Source of the DNA: Phoronis australis
Taxonomy: Eukaryota > Animalia > Phoronida
NCBI GenBank assembly: GCA_002633005.1
Contig: NMRA01000321.1
Span: 306,724-370,723 of the forward strand
Direction of reading: 5' to 3'
DNA: 64,000 nucleotides
Shown: piece after piece, positions 27,791 to 40,800 of the stretch
Position numbering within the stretch: position 1 is the stretch's first letter
Layout of the letters: each line of letters begins with the position of its first letter
The notes under the pieces: generated by a model
What the model saw: only the letters and a program-made list of their open reading frames with translations
Told to the model about the DNA's origin: nothing
Database searches by the model: none
Position numbers and translations under genes: made by a program

Positions 27791-30700
27791 ATGTGTCCGT
27801 TGCTGTTCGCGTTTTCCATTATTTTAACTACCGTCTCATGTCAACAAATCCCGGGCTGCCCCACACGGGGTTGTCGTCCCACGGGAAGTTTTTCTTTCCA
27901 AATGGACTCCCAATCTGCAGCAAAGGTGCTATGGTCTCGCGTAGTCAGTGAAGGAGAGACCCAGCACTCGGACCTAGGTTGCGTTGGAAACGCGTACACG
28001 CTGCTATGCCCGGTGATCAACGAGACTTTCAGGTAACTATGCACTAGTGTATAATTATTAGACAGCACTTAACATCACTACAATGCGTCAGTATGTGACT
28101 TCAGACTTTGAAGACCAGCCTGAAAATGAGTGCATTAAAATGCCAATTCTTTCATGCAGTCCAAATTACTTTAACATTTAAGCACAACTTAACTTACCTC
28201 GATATGTAGAATATACTTTTATGTACTGTCCGATAGCGCGGTATTAAATTTTCGACCCACAAATTAAGGCATCACTCTTCTGCAACTCTGCGTTCATACT
28301 ATGGAAGGAGAGGCAGGTCCGTCAACAGACTATTTAATTCCTAAGGATCCGAAAATAAATAAATCTTCCTAGACTACGGGAATTTCTCGCTAGCTTGCAA
28401 ATGTCACCGTGAGACACAAATAAAAGTGAATTTGTAAAAACTTGCGACGAGACACAGGGTTAAAATATATACGTGTCACGTTATAGCAAGAGAAACAGAC
28501 AAGTGGCAGTCTTTATCAGTTTACCCTGGCAACTAAACATACAATGTAAGATGCACGACTTCTGGTACAAACGCATGAAGCAATTTGAAGGAATACATGC
28601 ACGCTAGCTAGTGCTCACGAGCTCCTGTTGTTGTGCAAATGGGGAATGCAGTCGTCAGCTGAATTACAGATGCATGCCTTAGTGTAGCCTGCAAATCAGA
28701 AAAATGAGAAAATATGGTCGAAAGTTCTGATTCGCCTACATCCCGCATCATCTACACTAAACACTGTCAAGACATGGAAAATTATGAAATCTAGAGAATT
28801 ACCCCCTGACTTGCTGGGATTTTTTGAAACCCTTATAATACATTCAGTATAAATTCAAGCAGAGCTCGAATGTGTGAATATGCGAATGAATGTGTTTGTG
28901 ATTATTTTCTTTTCTATTGTATTCCATTGTTAATTTCAGTTTATGCAATTAAACTAAAAAAACTAAAAACATCAACACTAACCCCACAGTTGAACTGTGA
29001 CCGAAATACATACACTTTAGCTAGATTCCCCAATTGAATCAAATTTAGTATTCTTTCCTCACGGTCAAACACACTGCTGTGGCAATTGCCAATAGGAAAT
29101 GTCTTTACATCGTTTACCTTTTGCCTCGACTTTTTCTTGAAGGGAGTGCGGGGAGTTCGACTGGACCTCCCAAACTCCCCTTGACCGACATTTAACGTGT
29201 CTGCAGTGGCTGCTGCCCTTAGTAAAATTCAGCTGAATGTTATCTCTAACAATGAGCTACAGACTGGAAGACTTCGCAAAGATTAAATTATACCAGATCA
29301 GCTGCAGTATTGACTTGGAGCGCAGTCTTTACCAAGACGTTCAGATGCCAGAGGGCAAGGTTTTTCAAGCTTGGATGTCAATGCTGAAAAAGGTTCAGGG
29401 TCCAACAAGAGTATTCATGATTTTTGATAACCTTGATTGCATTTCTGGCAACTATATCTATCGCGGAGGAATCTCGATGAAGTTTACCCAGCAATGGCAA
29501 GTAATGGAGCATAGAAATTCAAGTTTGGAGAAAACTAATAAATAAGGCTGATGTCCAACAATAAATAACAAGCTTGCGAAATTTGCACAGTAATCAAATT
29601 ACAACAATTGCATTTCTGGGTTCATTTAAAATTCTGACCAGCCCTTTTGTAATTCCAGAAGTTTCGTCTCGTTAGACGTGTTGACTGGTAAAACAAAATG
29701 GAGCGAGAAGAATCTGAATGACCCACCTCTTCCGCTCATGGACATAAACGGGAATATTATCGCATTCGACGGCCAAGTCCTCACTATGATCCTCTCCAAC
29801 GGCACAGTAATACCACCTGTCGAAAAGTTTGAGATTAACATGCGTCCAACATACAGGTAAGCTAAATGTGCATAAATGCAAGCTCAGTTGGATTTTACAT
29901 GTAGTTATTCGATTGAAAAACATCTTCATGGATTACCATATACAATGCGTTATTATTTACTGTTGCAATGAGAAACATTTTAATTTAACCTACAGTACAT
30001 CAGTAAATAGAAATGCAATAGACCTGTCACGAGTCCTGCAAAATGTACCCAATATCGATATCTGGTTTGGATTAGCCTCCCGTTTCCAATTGCTTGTTAC
30101 CGACCTGTCATGTCTAACATCGAAATTAGTTTAACAATTGACAACGCGCTTGTGAGTTGGCTTTGCTAATTCTCATAAAATGCGTTAAATTCCGGGAAGA
30201 GCACTGCAGAAGATGCATGATTTTCCAGTTATGGGTGCATGTCATGACCACGGTACACCAATTGCATTCAGTACAACAACATTTCACAATAAATGGACGC
30301 CTGCTCCATGCAGAGTAGGCCTAAAGACCTAACTAAGTGACTGACGACACAAGTTAAACGACCGGTATAGTTGATCAACTCTCATTGCAGCCTGGTTGTT
30401 GCAGACGACAGCATCTTTGTTCTGGTCGACAGCACTGGCTTTCTGTGCTCTTACGACGCAGGTAACACATTAGGAGATCACGACACTGTCTTCTTAAAAT
30501 TTGTAAGATGTAATGTGGAAGTTTGGCCCAAAGTCATGTTTCCCCTGTTGTGCGTAATTTCGCGGTGCCAGTATTTTTAGTCCAAGAAGGTATCATGGTT
30601 CTGGACAGTGTATTTAATTTAATGTGGTATAAGTTGCAACTTAAGAGTACAGTGACACGGACCGCAAACTCTGTGTATTCTCAATGCTCAAGATCTTGGA

Positions 30701-33700
30701 TCTTGCACGTAAACAGCAGCAGCTGAACAACAGTATACCCATGTAGGGTCAGTACTGCATGGCTGCGGCGCCAAATCTCAGTAGTGTAGGATCCAAAGAC
30801 ATGTTACTTGTTTGTCGAAAAATGTTCTTTATTAATTAAGGTCACGAAACAGGTAAGTGTAGATAACGTTTTCATGACACTTTTATTGGAACTAATAATT
30901 CGACGCGCATGTCACTAGACGCAGTCGAAAACTTAGCCTACATGTACAATTGAACATTTTCGACCGTCAATGGCTGCGGTAAACCTCAGAACTACATGTA
31001 TTGTTAGGTGGGCTTGCAATCACGTGATGGAGATTTCGCCCTTAATTGTGATATGTCGTTATAAATTCCAGAAAGAGGGGAGTGATCAGCGTTCGAAATA
31101 CACCCTGGCCCGGTGAACCGGGACCCGGTGGATTTTCAGCGGACCAGTAAACTTTCACATTATAATATAGGCCCTATGTGGATGTGGTCTCATATTCAAG
31201 TAACTGTCCCAGCGGGCCAGCACATTTATTTGCTGAAGCTCGAACACTGGTAGTGACCAACACCACAGTTCATTTCCGTCATAAACTGCTTAATATATGG
31301 CTTATCCACTACGTTCCTTTACCCGACAGGTGGGAAAGAAGTCTTGCATTATCTCAATCTACTGTGAAAGAGAATAGCAGAGGGGTCGCAGTGCCGGACA
31401 GCCGATTTGTTGACGGGATCCCAACTTAAAAATGCTATATGTCATTAAATTGTTAATATGCAAATGAAGTACTAGTTTACAAACAATCCGGGTCTTCCGG
31501 AGTGACGGAAAACATCCGAGAACCAGTTACCATTGCAATCTCGCGAAAGTCTCTCCTTGCGAGACTATTTTTATATAGCTAGCACGCCGGTATCAATTAA
31601 TTTTCCTGGAGATTTTTTTTACACCGGCGTATCTGATTGACTGGTCGAATTCTTAACAGGTAGCGCTCTATCCAAACAAACTGGCATGCCTGATGGAGGA
31701 AGTGTAAATCTGGTCTGCTGTACAGAGAGACCGGTGCTTAATTCGTGTTCAAGAAACTGTGAATAACAGAAACTTGTGGTTGCGCCTTCTCTACAGTCGC
31801 TGACTTATGTTTACATTGCTGATGCTGTATGCAGGGGCGGATCCAGTATTTTTAGTTAGGGGGGGCGGGGCAGAACAGAGATATAGCCAGGATTTTGCCC
31901 GTCAGACACTCGCACCCCCGAACTGCCAAATGTAATCTGGGAGAATTTTAGGGGCGAGGCATGGTCCCCTTGGCCCCCCTCTAAATCCGCCACTGGTATA
32001 AATAACACGCCTATTAAATCGGCCGGGTATGTGTTTATTGTACATGTATGTGCTTCAAGCACGCAGCTATTAAACATTACTGCAGAAACACAATAGTTGC
32101 TGTTTGCCACTTACATGGCAAGGCTAAAAATCATTCACGAGTCTGACATTTTCTTTGTTGTAAAGCTAACCAATGCCTTCGAGGTTACATCAACCAATGA
32201 TAAAGCGTGTGCTCACTGCATTTTATGAATAGTACCTGCGCACGTACTTTAAACTACATGCAGGGAATCAGCGGATGAGTGTGGTAATATTTCATGTTAC
32301 CCTAATGAAAGTAGCCAGTTTTTATTAGTTTGTATTTCACTATCAAATAACAATAGCCTACTATTTGGAATTATTAGTTTTTTATGTGTTTACACTTTCG
32401 TCATCTGTTTTCTTTAAAACCGCAATGTATTAACACTTGTTTCTTTTCCTGCCGCACACGCAGTTCTCCGTGAGACAAAGTGTGAGCCGATAAGTGTTGC
32501 TGATTTCAAGGGTGATCTCGATTTAAACCCTACTAAAGTCTACATTTGTTGCAGCGGCAGCGCTAGGGTAGGGGAAGCTCCTGTAACAGTGTTACAGGTA
32601 TATACGTACAAATCAAGACTGTGTTTCAAGCTTACCACCGCTGCTTAATTGTTCAGTGTAGGAGGCACTGAGCTTTTCCGCATGAGTTATTGACTATCCA
32701 AGTAAGTGCGGTGTTACCCGTCAGACCTCTTCCCGGTCCCTGTGTGTGTGGGCGCGCGCGCGCGCGTGTGTGTGCATGCGACACCAACAGCCTAAAATAT
32801 AGGGGTGGGGGTTCATTTTTTCAGTATAATGGTGGACCTCTTACTGAAAAACGGAGACTAAAAAAGCTACGTCCTGAGACCTATGAATTCGTTCGTGTTC
32901 CCCGAGACCCCCTGGGTGCACGTTTGATGTGTGCGTGCGTGTTTGTGTGTGTCTGACTGATGTCCACTTACATCAAGTCAGTCGATTTATCGATTTACAC
33001 AACTGAGCCTGAGGGTGAAAGGGCCACGGAAGTATACATCGAAACAGCCAACTGAGCTATATGGAAATCAAGGCAATGAAAGCTGCACATGGTACCAGGG
33101 GCGGAGCCAGGATTTTGAGTTAAGGGGGGCCAGGGCACAGGAATAAGCAGAATTTCGGCAGATGCGCGCGCCCAGCCTTAAGTGTAGGGGTGCAGGGTCT
33201 CGAATTTTTAGGTTTGCGAAACTTTTGACTAAGAAAAAAAACGGTAAACGGGATTTGTTCAGGGCCCATGCATTATTTATTTAGCCCTCGAGCCACCCTG
33301 GTTGCGCATGTGCTACTGAGTCAGCAGTTCGCACCCGAACTGCCAAATGGTATCTGGGGTACAATTTTAGGGAGGCCCATGGCCCCCTTGCCCCCCCTAA
33401 ATCCACCACTGAGTACGTAGTGTGGGCACTACACATATACTCCCAATTCGAGAGAAACCAAACTCCATATATTGTAATTACGACAGTGCGCTGAATACAT
33501 GTCGTCTCTTGTTTTACAGATGGCGTCATCCACGCTAGCGTTTGGTTGAACAGAACTAACGAAGGAGCATACGCAGCAATAGCGACACCTGTTATCCGTG
33601 GGATAAGAGCATACATTCTTACTCAGAGGAAGTCCTTTGTCAAGTCCGAGGTAACCCCGTTGGTAACAATTTTTGTAACTGCCGAAAAGACATACCGTCA

Positions 33701-36700
33701 AAACTGTTGGACCAGATAGCGAAATTATGAAGAAGTGGTTGATTTCTATGATAGGTGAACTCTACGTATTCGGTGTTCATTCTCTTATTTTATTTCCAGA
33801 ACGATGCTGATTGGCCAGCCTACCGGCTCTGGGCAATAGACATTAGACCAAGAACACCGCCATACATGAACACGGTGTGGACGTTCGATTTCCAGACAAC
33901 GGATCTAGCGGAAGACCAGCCAGTTGAAAACTCACATGCACCTAGTGATGATTTCAAGGCAGAACCTCGCGTTATGACGCATAAATCCATGATAGAGAAC
34001 GAAAATATAGTATTTGTCACTCTCTCGCATAATTCAAAATCGATGTGGTTTGTCCAAGACAAAGGTAACGAATACAAACTGTTGTCGACCTTGTCTTCTA
34101 ATATCATCGCGATGTCTGTCAATGACAATCCCACGCAGATGAATACCGACTTAAAGTTCACATACAATATTCCAGAATTACCACCGCAAATGGCCAGCAA
34201 AGTTCTCCGGGCTCTAACTGCGGAGGAAAATACATCTCCCGAAACCTCGAATAATGTATTGAAAGGGAGCAAGATGAAACGAAAGGTTCACAACGACCAA
34301 TCGTTACCATATATGTGGGTGGTGGTAAGATTTCCATCCGGCGGCAAACACCCAGCAACGGACGAACTAATGATGGTGGATCCACGGTCTGGTGAAACGT
34401 TGTTCAATCCGATGCTCATGGACCTATTTAACGGCAGCAACGTAAGAGTGACGTCCGAGGTAATGGTGATGACACCTACCGGGGAAACTCAAAACGCGTA
34501 TGCAGAGCCACCCANGTGAGCCGATAAGTGTTGCTGATTTCAAGGTTGATCTCGATTTAAACCCTACTAAAGTCTACATTTGTTGCAACGGCAGCGTTAG
34601 GGTAGGGGAAGCTCCTGTAACAGTGTTACAGGTATATACGTACAAATCAAGACTGTGTTTCAAGCTTACCACCGCTGCTTAATTGTTCAGTGTAGGAGGC
34701 ACGGTGTTACCCGTCAAACCTCTTCCCGGCCCCTGTGGGTGTGGGCGCGCGCGTGTGTGTGTGTGCGCATGCGACACCAACAGCCTAAAATATAGGGGTG
34801 GGGGTTCAATTTTTCAGAATAATGGTGGACCTCTTGCTGAAAAACGGAGACTAAAAAAGCTACGTCCTGAGACCTATGAATTCGTTCGAGTTCCCCGAGA
34901 CCCCCTGGGTGCACGTTTGATGTGTGCGTGCGTGTGTGTGTGTGTGTATGTGTGTGTGACTGATGTCCACTTACATGTACACCAAGTCAGTCGATTTATC
35001 GATTTACACAACTGAGCCTGAGGGTGAAAGGGCCACGGAAGTATACATCGAGACAGCCAACTGAGCTATATGGAAATCAAGGCAATGAAAGCTGCACGTG
35101 GTACCAGGGGCGGAGCCAGGATTTTAAGTTAAGGGGGGCCAGGGCACAGGAATAAGCAGAATTTCGGCAGATGCGCGCGCCCAGCCTTAAGTGTAGGGGT
35201 GCAGGGGTTTCGAATTTTTAGGTTTGCGAAACTTGGACTAAGAAAAAAACGGTAAACGGGATTTGTTCAGGGCCCATGCATTATTTATTTAGCCCTCGAG
35301 CCACCCTGGTTGCGCATGTGCTATTGAGTCAGCAACTCGCACCCGAACTGCCAATGGTATCTGGGGTACAATTTTAGGGAGGGCCATGGCCCCCTTGCCC
35401 CCCTAAATCCGCCACTGAGTACGCAGTGTGGGCACTACACATATACTCCCGCTTCGAGAGAAACAAAACTCCATACATTGTAATTACGACAGTGCGCTGA
35501 ATACATGTCGTCTCTTGTTTTACAGATGGCGTCATCCACGCTAGCGTTTGGTTGAACAGAACTAACGAAGGAGCATACGCAGCAATAGCGACACCTGTTA
35601 TCAGTGGGATAAGAGCATACATTCTTACTCAGAGGAAGTCCTTTGTCAAGTCCGAGGTAACCCTGTTGGTAACAATTTTTGTAACTGCCGAAAAGACATA
35701 CCGTCAAAACTGTTGGACCAGTTAGCGAAATTATGAAGAAGTGATTGATATCTATGATAGGTGAACTCTACATATTCGGTGTTCATTCTTTTACTTTATT
35801 TCCAGAACGGATGCTGATTGGCCAGCCTACCGGCTCTGGGCAATAGACATTAGACCAAGAACACCGCCATACATGAACACGGTGTGGACGTTCGATTTCC
35901 AGACAACGGATCTAGCGGAAGACCAGCCAGTTGAAAACTCACATGCACCTAGTGATGATTTCAAGGCAGAACCTCGCGTTATGACGCACAAATCCATGAT
36001 AGAGAACGAAAATATAGTATTTGTCACTCTCTCGCATAATTCAAAATCGATGTGGTTTGTCCAAGACAAAGGTAACGAATACAAACTGTTGTCGACCTTG
36101 TCTTCTAATATCATCGCGATGTCTGTCAATGACAATCCCACGCAGATGAATACCGACTTAAAGTTCACATACAATATTCCAGAATTACCACCGCAAATGG
36201 CCAGCAAAGTTGACGGAAGCAAAATTCTCCGGGCTCTAACTGCGGAGGAAAATACATCTCCCGAAACCTCGAATAATGTATTGAAAGGGAGCAAGATGAA
36301 ACGAAAGGTTCACAAGGACCAATCGTTACCATATATGTGGGTGGTGGTAAGATTTCCATCCGGCGGCAAACATCCAGCAACGGACGAACTAATGATGGTG
36401 GATCCACGGTCTGGTGAAACGTTGTTCAATCCGATGCTCATGGACCTATTTAACGGCAGCAACGTCAGAGTGACGTCCGAGGTAATGGTGATGACACCTA
36501 CCGGGGAAACTCAAAACGCGTATGCAGAGCCACCCACTGTGGTTTTGGGCTTGAATGCAACTTCATCTAACGGCAGTGCAGTCAATTACATCACAGCTAT
36601 TCAAAAGGCTGAACAGGTGGGAAAATTACTATGGATAATCCCTGTTCCAGGAAACTTCGAGGTCAAAGGTCAAATAGCAGGAATAATAACGGAACACGGT

Positions 36701-36778
36701 AGGAGACTTTTGATCGCCTACTCCCATAAAGTAGGAGTGGGCGGGCAGGTTCTAGCTTTGGAATTAATGTCTTCATGA
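27791..36778 (+). CDS. Uncharacterised secreted protein (signal peptide; possible PQQ/quinoprotein-like beta-propeller)
   Basis: ATG 27791 with signal peptide MCPLLFAFSIILTTVSC. Phase-consistent exons 27791-28032, 29659-29856 (VSLDVLTGKTKW), 30391-30461, 33520-33650 (second copy 35526-35656), and a terminal exon 33800-34514 (truncated at N) with second copy 35806-36778 (stop TGA). Confidence 0.8.
31832..31995 (+). mobile_element. MITE, CAGGGGCGGATCC family
   Basis: TIRs CAGGGGCGGATC / AATCCGCCACTG; flanks gtatg / gtata. Confidence 0.85.
32482..36536. repeat. Direct duplication 32482-34514 / 34516-36536 around N34515 (probable uncollapsed alleles)
   Basis: About 2-kb copies with scattered SNPs and indels, including the same two exons. 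Confidence 0.88.
33096..33411 (+). mobile_element. Longer or chimeric MITE of the CAGGGGCGG family (second copy at about 35105-35417)
   Basis: Same termini; flanks ggtac / agtac. Confidence 0.7.
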
Positions 36779-37287
36779 GCAAATACACCACTGAGGCTAC
36801 AGTGAAAGATGTAGGTTTCTGTATCCAGAGTTAAAACAACTGTATTGACATGTAGCACAACAGCAAATCCTGCTTCAACAACGAAAGTGTTAAGTTCCAA
36901 CCAAAAAAATACATGAATCCAAACTAAGATTTATTGAGGAAGCTAAGGCATATTGTAGTTCAAATAGAACTACATGACACAAGTCAGTGCTATCTAGGAA
37001 CAACAATTACAATCCACTGAGAGATACAAAATAATGTAGGACAATGCACCATCCTGACCAGGTTCTAGTTAAAAAATCGTGCTGCTTGAAATGTTGTTAT
37101 AAAGTTAATCTTTGGAGACCGAAACTTCCACATCTGAGGCTAAGTGTCACAAGAATTTGTGTAATGGGCATATTAATCCTGGTTTAAAATGTGAGGCTCC
37201 AGTGCAAAATGGAACTATGTGCTTTGACAGAAAACTCATTGTGAATTCAGTCCATAATATTGGTAAAACAAATCTTATTGAAGTCCA

Positions 37288-37837
37288 TCACCTGTAACCA
37301 TGCCGTGGTCTGTCAACATCGCTGCGGTTCCTTCTATTAAATCTGCTATCCTGCCTGTCACTCCTTTGTCTTGGCCATCTATCTCCATAGTTATTTAAGC
37401 GCCTATGATCTTCATGAGATGTTAAGTGTCTACGGTACCTACGATCATGAAAACTGTCATTCCAAGGCTGGTATTGGTATGGGTTATACCTGACTTCTCT
37501 ATAACACCGTTCTGGCCTTTGGTGTCTGTATTCTACAGGATATTGCCGCACGCCTCCACTGTATGGCCTTTGGTGGCTGTATTCCACAGGATATTGCCAC
37601 ACGTCTCCACTGTAATCCCGAAACATGCCCTGATCACCATAACGATCAATAGTAAAATCATAATTGTTTCCATGAGTTGATGGATGTCTTTCGTAATATG
37701 ACGCATGATTCCCCATACCAGAGGCCATGGAGTGATAGCTTCGATAGTTATTAATCGGTCCGTTGACAAAGCTCTGGTCAACAGCTGGATCTTTGCATTT
37801 TTCTGTCTCTGGTGTGCTAACTTCGTTTTCCCACTCT
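37288..37837 (-). CDS. DUSP11: DUSP11 terminal exon, low-complexity Arg/Tyr/Asp/His-rich tail
   Basis: ctttcag acceptor in phase 2 continues in frame into ORF 37288-37728. Confidence 0.8.
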
Positions 37838-40800
37838 CTGAAAGGATGACCATGTTAATTATAGGTGACTATGGATGAGTGAACATATGCCTATTGGCCA
37901 ATAACAAATAAACAAAAAGACAAATTAAAAAAAACAATGCAGAACATTGCCATGTAAATCATAAGTGGCAAAAGAGTAAAAGGCGCTCAACGCAAAACTA
38001 AAACTGTCAGTGGTACAACGTCGCTTAATTTGTTTGAAAGGCTTTTAATTTTCATAAAATGAAAGTTTTATAGCTTTAAATTCTATCGTTTTGTAGATGT
38101 TTGGGTAAATGATTGTACTTCGGGAGAAAGTTTTCGGTTATACAGAATTTGTTAAATGCACGACACTTTTCATGGTTCACAGTCTTTATTCCGTTACGTT
38201 CGTACTTTCGGAACAAAACTCTACTCTCAACTGAACATAGATACAGTAACTGACCTAGCGACATAATTAAAAGACACACGATATTTCGAAACGTACTTGT
38301 TTCATTCTCAAGTGAAGATAAAATGACGCAGTAATGCCACCACAGAGTATAAGCTGACGACACACACACAGTGAGAAACGGCGGGATGAAATACCAGCAA
38401 AGAATGACTAATGAAAGGGGGTAACAGGAAAGTCACGCACACAAGTGTAACGTGCGGTGCGACCCTGTTTGCTGCTCATTCGAAACACGCTTCTCAAAAG
38501 CAATTAAAAGGGACTCTAATACATTCAAACGCAGCACATCTTGCTCCACGTAGCGAATTGAAGTGTTTTCCACAATTTCTTGACGGGTGATTTTACGTGC
38601 GTGGCATTGCAGAAAATGATCTTGAATGGCGCCATTTTGAAGATGCATGGATAACCAACGGGAAAGACTGCAAACCGTTTGACCAATGTAACATTGTTTG
38701 ACGTTTGAACGAAGACATTCGTTCATAGGGCATACAAACTCATAAACAACACTACACTGTGCAACGGGGCGGACTTTCGCTTTAGAAATGTTATTTTTCA
38801 TGACCAAGTTGGAGGTTCCTATTCCGATAATAAATAATAACATCGAGGTGATCATCAGGCTTACAAACTTTAACATTGTCCTTTATAATTTTCTTAATGG
38901 CGTGTTCGTGGAGGTAATTATTAGACATGACATTTTTGTAAAATATCTTTTTGGTGACACCGGTCCGACGTGCAGGGACTTCATAGCTAATTCTGGACAC
39001 AAATCGCTTAATACATGTACATTTGTCGATAAGGTTCTGATGAAAGATTACAATAAGATATATGGCTGGGATGCGCCACTTGATGGACGAACAAATTTAA
39101 ATGCCGTTCCATTGCTTTCAACAAAATATTTCTTGTCCAAAACTGTTGTCAGAGCGGCTCAACAGAGCTAGCAAAGCATGACAAAGGAATATATGGCACA
39201 GATGCGTCGGCACTCGCCGATTTTCGTGCAGACTGACTGCAGTTTGAGGTGTATATTTATTTTCTATCATGGTGCCACCTTCATCGACAAAAATTTAATT
39301 TATGTTATAATTTCCCAGATCCCCCTCCCAGAAGAAAATCTTGCAGGGTCTGTACCTGCCCATCCTAAAATCACCCACTTCCACTCGGTCACCACTGATT
39401 GGTCACCCCCTGCTTTTGATGTATTCATTGGCTTCACTTGCCCCAATTTGCCTTGATATACTCCAGTGTTCGCCTATGAGTGTAATTTTCAATACACTGC
39501 TCATGCTGTACATTCTCAAAATTTTAATCAAAAAGCAATTCAAAAAGCTCAATCCACTAAAAGAATGCGCAAGTTGGTATGATGTCAAAAATCAAATTCT
39601 AGACGTTTTCCACTTTCAGAAACTACCTTTATACTGTCAGAGATAAAATCTGCAGTTTTTGCAGGTATTTGTTTACATACACACACTTGTTGATAAGGTC
39701 ATACATAACATTAAGATATCCGTTCACAGGAATGAAGGGTTTTGATATCGATCAGTTTCTCAACCGAGGGGCCTCTCTTAGCCTTACCTGTTTCGCAAGT
39801 GGTCCAGGTACGCTTCCCTTTCAATAGAGTGACCCCGAGCCTTGTTGAACAGTTCTATACTCTCCTTGGGATCAATGTTCATGGTTTCAATCATGTACCT
39901 GCAAACGTGTACACTCAGTAGTCCACTTACTAATACAGATACAAAAGAGACCAGCAACTTCATCATCTGTTCAGTCTAAATTTGAATGACAGCCATGACT
40001 CATCAGATGAAAATCTTGCTCAAATCATAACGAACAGAGTTCAGTCTTTAGCGATAATGACACTACACGTTTCACGAATCTAGTTTAATTTCAGTCAGTT
40101 ACAGGGTGATGCATACTTCACAGCTGCAAGTAGCTGGGTAATCTCAAAAGTGCTTGTGCTTTGACAGTGACCAATGCCAAAGTCATTTGGACAGTGAACA
40201 ATGTAAAAGTCATTTGGACATTGAACAATGCCAAAGTCATTTGGGCGATACTTGCGCTTTGACAATGACAGATGCCAAAGTCACTTAGACAGATGCTTAA
40301 AATAAACTTAAGTATAGTCTAGTTACTTTGAAGATTAAGTCCACTTTCACTTAGGCGTTGTGATGGGGAATTCCAGGTGATACTGCGTACAGCAACTGAG
40401 ACTAGCATGTGACACAGGACCACACAGGAAATTTTGTTATGAGAAACAGCTTGCACTCAACAGTGTGGCTAGGATGGTGGATTAATCATCAACGTCAGAT
40501 TTAATGTCCACTCATACATTCACAGTATTAATGTCTTCAAAATTAAAAAATTCGCGACTATTTGGCATAAAAGTGCTTCATTAGATTTTATGATATTCAT
40601 TTCATATTTAGCTTTCTGAAATCTGCAGGGCTTAGAATGACTAATGGCGGAAATGGAGGAAAATGTTCAGCTAATGTGTCGTTCCACAAATAAATAGGCT
40701 TGTGTGATAGAAATATTTTTGTGTTGTAAAATTTAACTGAAATAAACATTTTTGCATGAATAAAGTCAAAATAATGATATAAAGAGACAAAACTAGAGGA

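Noticed and set aside
32464-32597. Possible extra exon (VLRETKCEPISVADF..VTVLQ) of the secreted-protein gene
   Set aside because: Exon 30391-30461 already joins 33520 in phase 1; including this segment up to its AG|GT donor would change phase.
33755-36778. Two tandem paralogous genes
   Set aside because: The copies abut a single N, include near-identical introns and follow the same pattern as three other sites; allelic overlap is more parsimonious.
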